From the NCBI RefSeq assembly GCF_006345805.1, contig NC_042998.1, positions 121,148,001 to 121,212,000 of the forward strand: a DNA stretch of 64,000 nucleotides, in the 5' to 3' direction. Below the pieces are notes generated by a model. The model made no database searches, was not told where the DNA came from, and saw nothing but the letters and a program-made list of their open reading frames with translations. The stretch's first letter is position 1; each line of letters opens with the position of its first letter. Shown here piece after piece: positions 1 to 12,335 of this stretch. The DNA comes from Octopus sinensis. Taxonomy: Eukaryota. Both the position numbers and the translations under genes were made by a program.

Positions 1-1592
1 AGGATGCCCTTGGGAGCTCCTCTATGCTGATGACCTTGCTCTAATTGCTGAGTCGCTATCAGAACTGGAGGAGAAGTTTCAGGTGTGGAAACAGGATTAG
101 AATCGAAGGGCCTCAGAGTCAATCTAGCTAAAACCAAAGTCGTAATCAGTAGGAAGGTAGACAAATCACAAACACCTTCAGGTAGATGGCCCTGCTCATC
201 TGTAGAAAAGGTGTAGGTAGAAACTCTATAAGATGCACCAAGTGTAAGCTATGGACACATAAGAGATGCAGCAATGTCAAAGGAAGGCTAACTAGGAAGA
301 TGGTTTTTGTATGTGGCAGATGCTCAGGAACAATAAACACTGAAAATGCTCTGAGACCAACTTCCGTCACATTCCAGGGAGAAAAACTAGAAATAGTTGA
401 TAGTTTCCGTTACCTAGGTGACCAAGTCAGCAGCGGGGGCGGGTGTGCTGAAAGTGTAACTGCTAGAGTAAGAATAGCTTGAGCAAAGTTCAGAGAGCTC
501 TTACCTCTGCTGGTGACAAAAGGCCTCTCGCACAGAGTGAAAGGCAGACTGTATGATGCGTGTGTACGAACAGCCATGCTACATGGCAGTGAAACATGGG
601 CCGTGACTGCTGAGGATATGCGTAAGCTCGCTAGAAATGAAGCCAGTATGCTCCGATGGATGTGTAATGCCGGTACTCACACTCGGCAGAGTGTAAGTAC
701 CTTGAGAGAAAAGCTGGACCTAAGAAGCATCAGTTGTGGTGTGCAAGAGAGACGTTTGCGCTGGTATGGTCATGTGGCGAGAATGGATGAAGATAGTTGT
801 ATGAAAAAGTGCCACACCCTAGCGGTTGAGGGAACCTGTGGAAGAGGCAGACCCAGGAAAACCTGGGACGAGGTGGTGAAGCACGACCTTCGAACTTTAG
901 GTCTCACTGAGGAAATGACTAGAGACCGAGACCTCTGGAAGTGTGCTGTGCACGAGAAGACCCGGCAGGACAAGTGAGTCCACAACCCGTGGCCTTCTAC
1001 ATGGGATGGAGCCAGCCTACGTATGCATACCTTCCCTACTTGGGACACAAAACTCTACTTGTGAAGACGTGTTGAGGCAAGTGAGGATCAGAATCGAAAT
1101 CGATCAATGGAAATTGCAGATGTGCTACCAGTGCCGGTGGCATGTCGAAACTCTGCTTGTGAAGACCCATTGAGGCAAGTGAGGATCAGAATCGAAATCG
1201 ATCAATGGAAATCGATCAATGGAAATTGCAGATGTGTTACCAGTGCCGGTGGCATGTAAGAGAACTTTCCGTTTCGCGACCGTTGCCAGCACCGCCCCGT
1301 TTCGTGTCCGTTGCCAGCCTCGCCTGGCCCTCGTGCCGGTGGCACATAAAAAGCACCATCCATTCGTGGCCGTTTGCCAGCTCTGTCTTGCACCAGTGCG
1401 GGTGGCACGTAAAAAGCACCCACTACACTCACGGAGTGGTTGGCGTTAGGAAGGGCATCCAGCCGTAGAAACACTGCCAGATTTGACTGGGCCTGATGAA
1501 GCCTTCTGGCTTCACAGACCCCAGTAGAACCGTCCAACCCATGCTAGCATGGAAAACGGACGCTACATGATGATGATGATGATGATGATGAT
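1..1592 (+). mobile_element. RTE-clade non-LTR retrotransposon, 3' part (RT C-terminus, Cys-rich segment, 3' UTR, (GAT)n tail); defective
   Basis: Seen: RT motif ELLYADDLALIAE at the window start and a Cys-rich GRWPC..CRKGVGRNSIRCTKC..HKRC..CGRC segment. Also seen: FRYLGD, MLHGSETWA, RLRWYGHVARM and GRGRPRKTW, all typical of RTE ORF2. In-frame TGA at 480-482 replaces the Trp of IAWAKF; ORF stop at 977; tail (GAT)n at 1568-1592. Confidence 0.9.
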
Positions 1593-1596
1593 ATTA

Positions 1597-2045
1597 ATAT
1601 ATATATTATATTAAATTAGAGATAAAACCACTATTATGCAAATCAAACAGTGAAAAACATAACCCAATACATAAAATTAATTTTAAAATATAAAAGTTAA
1701 AAATTAAAAAATTATTTAAATAATTTAAACTTATAAATTTTAAATATATATATATATACAAATATATATATATATATATATGTATGTATATTTTTATATT
1801 TATATATTATTTTATTTATTAATTTATTTATGTAATAAATAAATAAATAAAATAATATACATACATATATATATATTTGTATATATATATATTTAAAATT
1901 TATAAGTTTCAATTATTTAAATAAGTTTTCAATTTTTAACTTTTATATTTTTAAATTAATTTTATGTATTGGCTTATGTTTTTCACTATTTGATTTGCAT
2001 AATAGTGGTTTTATCTCTAATTTAATATAATATAATATAATATAT
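1597..2045. repeat. Long AT-rich palindrome (about 220-bp inverted arms, centre near 1820-1835)
   Basis: Seen: left arm ATTAAATTAGAGATAAAACCACTATTATGCAAATCAAAC... is the reverse complement of right arm ...TTTGATTTGCATAATAGTGGTTTTATCTCTAATTTAAT, with scattered mismatches. Confidence 0.9.
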
Positions 2046-2114
2046 TTATACTATAAAATTGGATTTAATCCTAAATCTAATTTTTCCCTGTAAGTTTGGA
2101 TTTATTATTATATA

Positions 2115-2146
<32 letters not shown>

Positions 2147-2171
2147 ATATATATATACATACATATATTCT

Positions 2172-3513
2172 ATCATCCTCATCATCATATTCATTAAATG
2201 TCCGCTTTCCATGCTGGCTTGGGTTGGACGGTTTGACAGAGGACTGCTGAGCCAGAAGGCTGCACCAGGCTCCAATCTGATCTGGCAAAGTTTCTACAGC
2301 TGGATACCCTTCCTAATGCCAACCACTCCGAGAGTGTTGTGGGTGCTTTTACATGTCACTGGCACGAGGGCCAGTCAGGCAGTTCTGGCAACAACCACAC
2401 TCAAAAGATGTTTTTTAAGTGCTACCTGCTGGTTACACCCACTGGTATAGGCCATGGGATATAGCCTCACTTGGTTTGTTGGGTCTTCACAAGCACAGCT
2501 TATCTCCAAAGGTTTCAGTCACTAGTCACTGGCTTGGTGAGGCCCAATGTTCAATGGTCATGCTTCATCCCCTCATCCCAGGTCTACCTCTTCCACAGGT
2601 TCCCTCAGCTGCTAGGGTGTGGCACTTTTTCATGCAGCTGTCCTCAATCATTCGCAACACATGACCATACCAGCACAGTCGTCTCTCTAGCACACCACAT
2701 CTGATGCTTCTTAAATCCAACGTTTCTATCAGGGCGCTTACACTCTGTCATGTATGCACGCTGACATTACACATCCAGCGGAGCATACTGGCTTCATTCC
2801 TTGCAAGCTTACGCATGTCTTCAGCAGTCATGGCCCATGTATCACGGCAATGTAGCATGGCTGTTCGTACACATGCGTCATACAATCTACCTTTTATCTG
2901 AGCAAGAGGCCCTTTATCACCAGCAGAAGTAAGAGCTCTCCAAACTTTGCCCAGGCTATTCTTATTCTAGCAGCTACACTTTCAGAGCATCCACCCACTG
3001 CTACTGACTTGGTCCTCTAGGTAAAGGAAGCTATCAACTACTTATTTTTCTTCCTGGAATGTGACAGAAACTGTTCTCTGCACATTTTCAGTGTTATAGC
3101 ACCTGAGCATTTGCCACATACAAAAACTATCTTCCCAATTAGCCTTCTTTGATATTGCTGCACCTCTCATGTGTCTATATCTTACATTGGGTACATCTTA
3201 TGGAGTTTCTACCTACACCTTTTCTACAGATTGAGCAGGGCCATCTACCAGAAGGGATTTGTGTTTTGTCTACCATCCTACTTATTAAGACTTTGGTTTT
3301 CGCTAGGTTGACTCGAAGACCCTTCAATTCTAGTCCTTGCTTCCACACTAGTTCTGATAGTGGCTCAGCAATTAGAGCAAGGTCATCAGCATAGAGGAAC
3401 TCCCAGGGCATCCTGTCTTGAATTCCTCTGTTATTGTCTGGAGGACCCTTACTCCTACCCAGAATTCTTCACTCTACTCGTTGCCAACCCTCACCTTACT
3501 GACAGCATCCCTG
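2172..3513 (-). mobile_element. RTE-clade LINE 3' fragment, degenerate, converging on the 1-1592 copy
   Basis: Seen: 3401-3432 reverse-complements to AGGATGCCCTGGGAGTTCCTCTATGCTGATGA, homologous to 1-33. ORF 3175-3411 reads MPWEFLYADDLALIAE...GRWPCSICRKGVGRNSIRC. Family 3' UTR and (CAT)n tail at about 2172-2400; deletions and frameshifts. Confidence 0.88.
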
Positions 3514-3519
3514 TCATAA

Positions 3520-3564
<45 letters not shown>

Positions 3565-3627
3565 TATATATATATTCTCTCTCTCTATATATATATCCTA
3601 TATATATATATATATATATCCTATATA

Positions 3628-3700
<73 letters not shown>

Positions 3701-3704
<4 letters not shown>

Positions 3705-3965
3705 CTGAAGTTGTCTGTGTATGGCAGGTTTGGCAAACTTCAGCTAACACTATCTCCTTCAAGACCCTGCGGCACAAGTTGACCAAATTTGAGAGTATGA
3801 TAGAAGAAGCTTGCTCTTCCTTACGTGGAAGTAAAAATTCAAATCGGACCATGTTAACACCCAAAATTATTTACATCTAGAAGGTGCTTTTTTTCTATGA
3901 AAATCACTATTTTTTATGATTTTTTGACTGCTGTGTCGCCATTTTTCAGTGCATTTCAACCAGAA
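3701..3965. repeat. Short unclassified interspersed element between TA tracts, with a 10-bp subterminal inverted repeat
   Basis: Seen: AGCTGAAGTT (3703-3712) and AACTTCAGCT (3736-3745), flanked by (TA)n. A DINE/HINE-like assignment is inference only. Confidence 0.3.
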
Positions 3966-3978
3966 AAATATATATACA

Positions 3979-4013
<35 letters not shown>

Positions 4014-4117
4014 CATACACATATATACACACACATATATATATATACACATATATATATATACATTTATACATATATATAGATACATATAAATTTATAC
4101 ATATACATTTATACATA

Positions 4118-4475
4118 GGCGCAGGAGTGGCTGTGTGGTAGTAGCTGCTAACCACCACACGGTTGCGAGTTCAGTCCCACTGCGTGGCATCTTGGGCAAG
4201 TGTCTTCTGCTATAGCCCCGGGCCGACCAATGCCTTTGAGTGGATTTGGAGACGGAAACGAAAGAAGCCTGTCGTATATATGTATATATATGTATATGTG
4301 TGGTGTTTGTGTGTCTGTGTTTGTCCCCCTAGCATTGCTTGACAACCGATGCTGGTGTGTTTACGTCCCCGTCACTAGCGGTTGGCAAAAAGAGACCGAT
4401 AGAATAAGTACTAAAAGGTGGTGCTCCAGCATGGCCGCAGTCAAATGACTGAAACAAGTAAAGAGTAAAAAGAGA
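4118..4475 (+). mobile_element. tRNA-headed SINE, near full length
   Basis: Seen: GGCGCAGGAGTGGCTGTGTGGT (A-box-like) and GAGTTCAGTCCC (B-box-like), an internal TA/TG microsatellite, and 3' end GGTGCTCCAGCATGGCCGCAGTCAAATGACTGAAACAAGTAAAGAG. Several homologous copies occur in the window. Confidence 0.88.
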
Positions 4476-5741
4476 GTATATATACATATACATTTATACA
4501 TATACATTATACATATATACATATACATTTATACATATATTATCTATATATATTATATATATATATACAATATTGTACTGTCGTACTGTCCTGTTTTTTT
4601 ACCATTTTTTAACCATTTTAACCACCTCTGCGAAAAGATCTCAGAATTTTAATTGATTTGCTATTCGCAGGAAGGAAAGTTTCTTGTCGAAGATATGTCT
4701 GCTTTTATCCTTCGAAATGTAGAGTAGATGAAACCATAGCGACTGAACAAGGGGTTTTTCTGTGTTAATTGTCCTGTACTCTATTTTTTGTTAGTTTAAA
4801 AAAATTGTCCAGTTCCTTTGGTTTGTATCTATGTTGCGTTTCTCATTTTGTTCGACGTCCCTTGGTGTCCTGTACTCATATATGCATGTATATGTACATG
4901 TAGAGGTAGGTACGTACATATATGTTTATATATATGCATATGTTTTATTTCATTTATTAATATATATATACATATATATACATATAAATATATACATATA
5001 CATATATATACACATATATACATATATATATATATACACACACACATATACATATAAATATATACATATACATATATATACACATATATACATATATATA
5101 TATATACACACACACATATACATATTTGTATATATATACCTATATATATATATACACATACACATATTTGTATATGTATATATACATATATATACATATG
5201 TATATATATATACATATATATATATACACATATACATATTTGTATATGTATATATACATATATATACATATGTATATATATATACATATATATATACACA
5301 TATACATATTTGTATATGTATATATACATATATATACAATTATACATATTTGTATATGTATATATACATATATACATATTTGTATATGTATATATACATA
5401 TATACATATGTATATATATACATGTGTATATATATATATATATAATATATATATATTATATATATATATATAATATATATATATATAAATATGGCGTATA
5501 TGTATATATACAATATATACATATGTATATATATACACATATATATACATATGTATATATATACACATAGATTAAATATGTATATATATACATGTGTATA
5601 TATAGATATATATATAATGTGTATGTGATATATACATATATATACATACATGTGTATATGTATATATACAATATACATGTGTATATATATATATATGGTA
5701 ATATTATATATACATATACGTATATATATAATACATATATG

Positions 5742-5788
<47 letters not shown>

Positions 5789-7140
5789 GTAAGTACATAT
5801 ACATATATAATATATATAAATATACAATATGTTATTTTTTATAATATACATATATATATACATATACGTATATAATATACATATATATATACATATACGT
5901 ATATGTATATACATATACATATATGTATATATATATATATATATACACATATACATATATGTATATACATATACATATATGTATATACATATACATATAT
6001 GTATATATATATTCATATATCTATATATATACATATATGTATATACATATACATATATGTATATACATATACATATATGTATATACATATATGTATATAT
6101 ATACATATATGTATATATATACATATATCTATATATATACATATATCTATATATATACATATATCTATATATATATATACATACATATATACATATATAT
6201 ACATACATATACATATATATACATACATATATACATATATATACATACATATATACATACATATATACATATATATACATACTTATATACATACATATAT
6301 ATATACATATATATACATACATATATACATACATATATACATACATATATACATACATATACATATATATATATATATAATACACATATATTCATACATA
6401 TATATACACATATATTCATACATATATATACACATATATTCATACATATATATATATACATATATATACATACATATACATACATACACACATATATATA
6501 CACATATATATACATATATAAACATATATATATACCTATATAACATATATATATACCTATATATATACATATATACCTATATATATACATATATACCTAT
6601 ATATACATATATATATATATACACATTATATATACATATATATATACACATATATATATACATATATTATAAATATATATACACATATATATATACATAT
6701 ATATATACTATATTATACATATATATACACATATATATATACATATATATACACACATATATATACATATATATAACACACATATATATACACACACTAT
6801 ATATACATATACAAATATATATATAAATGCATATATATATACATATATATATACATATACATATATATATACATATATATATAAATACATATATAAATAC
6901 ATATATATATACATATATATATACATATACATATATATACATATATATATACATATACATATATATATACATATATATATACATATACATATATATATAT
7001 ATAAATACATATATAAATACATATATATATACATATATATATACATATACATATATATATACATATATATATACATATACATATATATATACATATATAT
7101 ATACATATACATATATATATACATATATATATACATATAC

Positions 7141-7296
7141 ATTAGTTGGCGTTAGGAAGGGCATCCAGCTGTAGAAACATTGCCAAATTAGACTGGAGCC
7201 TGGTGCAGCCTTCTGGCTTCCCAGAACCCCGGTCGAACCGTCCAACCCATGCTAGCATGGAGAACGGACGTTAAACGACGATGATGATGATGATGA
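7141..7296 (+). mobile_element. 5'-truncated RTE 3' end with (GAT)n tail inside TA microsatellite
   Basis: Seen: homologous to 1438-1592 (GGCGTTAGGAAGGGCATCCAGC...CCATGCTAGCATGGAGAACGGACGTTAAACG(ATG)n). Confidence 0.88.
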
Positions 7297-7397
7297 TACA
7301 TATATATATATATAAATACATATATATATACATATATATATACATATACATATATATACATATATATACATATATATACATATATATACATATACAA

Positions 7398-7428
<31 letters not shown>

Positions 7429-7429
7429 A

Positions 7430-7460
<31 letters not shown>

Positions 7461-7610
7461 GGCGTTAGGAAGGGCATCCAGCCGTAGAAACACTGCCAGA
7501 TTTGACTGGGCCTGATGAAGCCTTCTGGCTTCACAGACCCCAGTAGAACCGTCCAACCCATGCTAGCATGGAAAACGGACGCTAAACGATGATGATGATG
7601 ATGATGATGA
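7461..7610 (+). mobile_element. 5'-truncated RTE 3' end, same young subfamily as the 1-1592 copy
   Basis: Seen: reads identical to 1443-1565 over about 120 bp up to ...GGAAAACGGACGCTA, then (GAT)n. Confidence 0.9.
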
Positions 7611-7695
7611 TATACATGCGTGTATATGTACATGGAGAGGTAAGTATGTACATATATGTTTATATATATGCATATGTTTTATTTCATTTATTAAT

Positions 7696-7729
<34 letters not shown>

Positions 7730-7859
7730 ATATATATACACACATATATATATACATATATATACATATATATATATATATACATATACCGGAGTAAACA
7801 CATAAATGTGAAACAAGGTGGAAAAAAGAGTACTCAAATACGAGTGGTAGAGTAACATG

Positions 7860-7974
7860 CTTTATTTAAAGCGGCAGAAAATTCAACAAAACCTGTTACT
7901 CTGAGTTTCCCGTTGCCAGCAACGGGAAACTCGGAGTAACAGGTTTTGTTGAATTTTCTGCTGCTTTAATAAAG
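7860..7974. repeat. Near-perfect palindrome (about 56-bp arms, 2-nt loop)
   Basis: Seen: CTTTATTTAAAGCGGCAGAAAATTCAACAAAACCTGTTACTCTGAGTTTCCCGTTGC-CA-GCAACGGGAAACTCGGAGTAACAGGTTTTGTTGAATTTTCTGCTGCTTTAATAAAG; three differences between arms. Confidence 0.92.
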
Positions 7975-8110
7975 TATATATACATATACATATTTATATA
8001 TATATATACACACATATATATATATATACACATATATATATAATACACACATATATATATACACACACATATATATATACACACACATATATATATATAC
8101 ATATATATAC

Positions 8111-8141
<31 letters not shown>

Positions 8142-8182
8142 CATACATATATATATACATACATATATATATATATACATAC

Positions 8183-8225
8183 ATGCTAGCATGGAGAACG
8201 GACGTTAAACGATGATGATGATGAT
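8183..8225 (+). mobile_element. Minimal RTE 3' tip with (GAT)n tail
   Basis: Seen: CATGCTAGCATGGAGAACGGACGTTAAACGATGATGATG within TA repeats. Confidence 0.8.
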
Positions 8226-8247
8226 ATACATATATATATATACATAC

Positions 8248-8280
<33 letters not shown>

Positions 8281-8296
8281 CATACATATATATATA

Positions 8297-8348
<52 letters not shown>

Positions 8349-8521
8349 CATATATATACATACTATATATATACATATATATACATACATATATATATAC
8401 ATATATATACATACATAATATATACATATATATACATACATATATATACATATATATACATACATATATATACATATATATACATACATATATATACATA
8501 TATATACATACATATATATAC

Positions 8522-8556
<35 letters not shown>

Positions 8557-8739
8557 CATATATATACATACATATATATACATATATATACATACATATA
8601 CATACATATATATACATACATATACATACATATACATACATACATATACATACATATACATACATACATATACATACATATACATACATACATATACATA
8701 CATATACATACATATATATACATATATATACATACATAC

Positions 8740-8800
<61 letters not shown>

Positions 8801-9006
8801 CATATATATACATATATATATACATATATATATACATATATATATACATATATATATACACATATATATACACATATATATATATATACACATATATATA
8901 TATACACACATATATATATATACACATATATATATACACACATATATATACATACATACATATATATACATACATACATATATACATACATATATATATA
9001 CATACA

Positions 9007-9082
<76 letters not shown>

Positions 9083-9124
9083 AATATATACATATATATA
9101 TATATAATATATATATATACATAA

Positions 9125-9156
<32 letters not shown>

Positions 9157-9229
9157 CACATATATATATATAAATATATATATATACATATATATACATA
9201 TATATATATATACATATATATATACACAC

Positions 9230-9260
<31 letters not shown>

Positions 9261-9331
9261 CATATATATATACACACACACATATATATATATACATATA
9301 TATATATATACATATATATATACACACACAC

Positions 9332-9364
<33 letters not shown>

Positions 9365-9756
9365 CATATATATATACACACACACACACATATATATATA
9401 TATACATATATATATACACACACACATATATATATATACATATATATACACACATATATATATACACACATATATATATATACATATATATATATATACA
9501 CATATATATATACACATATACATATATATACACATATACATATATATACACATATATATATACACATATATATATACATATATATATATATACACATATA
9601 TATATACATATATATACACATATATATATACATATATATATACACATATATATATACATATATAATACAAATATATATATATACACACATATATATATAT
9701 ATACACATATATATATATACATATATATATATACATATATATATATATACATATAT

Positions 9757-9843
<87 letters not shown>

Positions 9844-11589
9844 GACATTCTTTTTATCAATATTTTCTTATATATGAACATAGGCGCATTACCATATACT
9901 TCATTTACATCATACATACCATACACTATGCACACATATTCGGATTATATGTATATAGCCACATACAGAGCGTTATAAACTCTTAGCACAAGATATACAC
10001 ATATCCACACAGCATATATTCATATATATACAATTATATACAGTTAGTAACACTGCATACATTATATTCACACAAAGTTGCACAGTATAAATTAAATTTG
10101 TGTGTTTGTACATATATGTGTGTGTGTACATACATACTCAGAATATAGCAAATGTACACACAAGCTATGTTTTACGCAAAGTATGTTCTCGAAACATACA
10201 TACAGATTATATAGTCACAATAAACATTATATAGACATACAATTATATACACACATAGTATACATTAAATACGTGAGCAGCCATACACAGCATATATATA
10301 TCTATATGTTTATAATCATAGAATATATATACTACTATGTTCATATAATCTACTACACTAGCCTCCGACTACTCTAAGTATAGGTTTTATACATACAATC
10401 ACGATAATATATATACATTGTGCGTATGGGTGAATATATATATATACACGCTTACACATTGGTAAATGCGTATACATTAATGAATGAATGTAGATGTATA
10501 CACACAGAAGGGGACAAGGGACCAAAAGGAAAAGAAACGTAAAAATTGTGGTGAACTACAAATAAGGAAACAACCTGTTAAGAGATTGAAGACATCTTGG
10601 AGATATGGTCTCTTTTCTCTGGAATTATCGGTACAATAGTAAGCATGTCTCAAAGACTGCGGATCCGACTGGTGTGTGAATCCAAGTGTGATGGGACAAT
10701 TTACATTAAATGAAGTTTCAGTGAAACGAGTAGTAAGGATGGACAGAGAGGAAGGGAGAGACAGTAATTTAGCAATGTTGTAGTAACAACAACAGCAGTA
10801 GCAGCAAGTGGCTGACATAAATGTATGTGAGTGTGTGTATGATGAAGCATGACATCATTGTTACTACTACAGGCTGTTGTTTTTAATATTGTAGTTTACA
10901 GATACAAACATTCTGCTACCACATACGACAGAATATTACTCTCATAATTTTTATTTATTACTAAAAGTACACGCAGGCGCTCCTTAAAGTTAGCAATCTG
11001 ACAATTCACAGATATCAAGATCGTCTTAGACACTCTGGCAGAATTTCTCATTGAAACCATTTAATTATAGGGTTTGTTTATTTTGTGTGTGACTCAGTGT
11101 GAATAAATGAAAGAGTAATCACAAAAAAAAATAATAATAATTAAAATATGATATAGTGGTTTAGTTTAGACTTAAAAATGACATTTGTCCAAATACAACT
11201 CCGATCCAGAAAAGGAATAAGCAGAAGATATTTCTATTACTAAACATACACAGTGAAGAATATAACACTTCCCACAGTTAATCTGTATTTGTGATGGTCC
11301 TAAAACAAATATTTAGCAACATATATTGTCTAGTGGCCATCACTTCTCTCGGATCCGACTCCTATGAAACAACTGACAACAACATGAAGATGAATAATAC
11401 GGGACGATAATCTCGGAGATTTTTGCATGAATATATAAACAATTAGGATAAGTATTAATGAAGTAAACTATCAAATAGCATTTCTATTAAGAACATGTTG
11501 AATATCTGGTGGTCATTTCAAGACTAATATCACACGTATGGAGAATACGGAGAAATTATCGAACCAATAAAGAGTATATGGTCGACTGA

Positions 11590-11772
11590 CCAGCAAAAAA
11601 TAGCAGCTAATTCTCCTTCAAATTACACTCATCGTCTTAAATATATATTTTAAAAAGGATAGATTAAATCATATAGTCCTGTCCCTGAAAGAACAGAATG
11701 GTCATGGTTGGAATTCCACTGATCATAGGTCTGTTCGATCAGGGTTGACCTGGGGGCTATACAGTAACAACA
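11590..11772 (+). repeat. Old SINE-like repeat with (AAC)n-like tail; related copies near 42420-42570, 44600-44745 and 48237-48420 on the opposite strand
   Basis: Seen by eye: shared TGATCATAGGTCT...CCTGGGGGCTA(T/A)ACA..AAC end and TACATTAGTTAATGT...GCTGTTATT...GAGACTTA segments among copies; heavily diverged. Confidence 0.4.
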
Positions 11773-12303
11773 GATAAATCTAGATTATAGATAGCTTTGA
11801 AGGAAAAAAATTCCTGAAGATTAGTTGAAATACCTTATATTGCTCTTCCTTTGAAAGAAAAAAAACTAGAACTGCGACAAATTATTGTTAACGATTATTG
11901 CCATCTATTTAGAAGCATATTAATATATTCTGAAATCAGTAATGCAAGGCCTGGTATAAACAGTGAAAAAAATTGTTGAATGAAGCAAATAACTCGATAA
12001 TGGTTAAGTGAATGCAATAAAGAAAAGGCTGTGTACAAGGGAGAAGAAGTAATGTAGAAATTGTGAGGACGAACCTTTAAGGGTTTGTAGTCGAAGTTGC
12101 TAGTTTGTAGTGTGCTTTTAGAAAAGCGTTAGACGATGATAGGGTGGCAACGATGGTAATCATCCATTGTCGGGTGGCTATTGCTGATAACAGTTATCTG
12201 CCCCTGAATACTACATCACTATTACTCAAACACTCGTACGCATTCACAAATGGTACATAATTCTATATATGTATACATACAGTAAAACAAAATATGCCAA
12301 CAG

Positions 12304-12335
<32 letters not shown>

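Larger units (their letters stand above)
3514..9841. repeat. About 6.3-kb compound (TA)n/(TACA)n/(TATACA)n microsatellite block with embedded short repeat fragments
   Basis: Seen directly. All Y/I/T/H/M/C/V-rich ORFs here are translations of the microsatellite. Confidence 0.97.

Noticed and set aside
1490-1515. CTGATGA followed by an AGCC-TTCT-GGCT stem in the RTE 3' UTR (also at about 7510), resembling a hammerhead core
   Set aside because: No GAAA after the stem and no stem I or III partners.
3491-9807. Many long ORFs (up to 613 aa) rich in Y/I/C/M/V/H/T
   Set aside because: They are translations of TA/CA microsatellites that lack stop codons; no coding signal.
10477-10818. 113-aa minus-strand ORF and GC-richer patch
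   Set aside because: No motif or convincing splice signals; start lies in a CAG/CAA-like low-complexity run.
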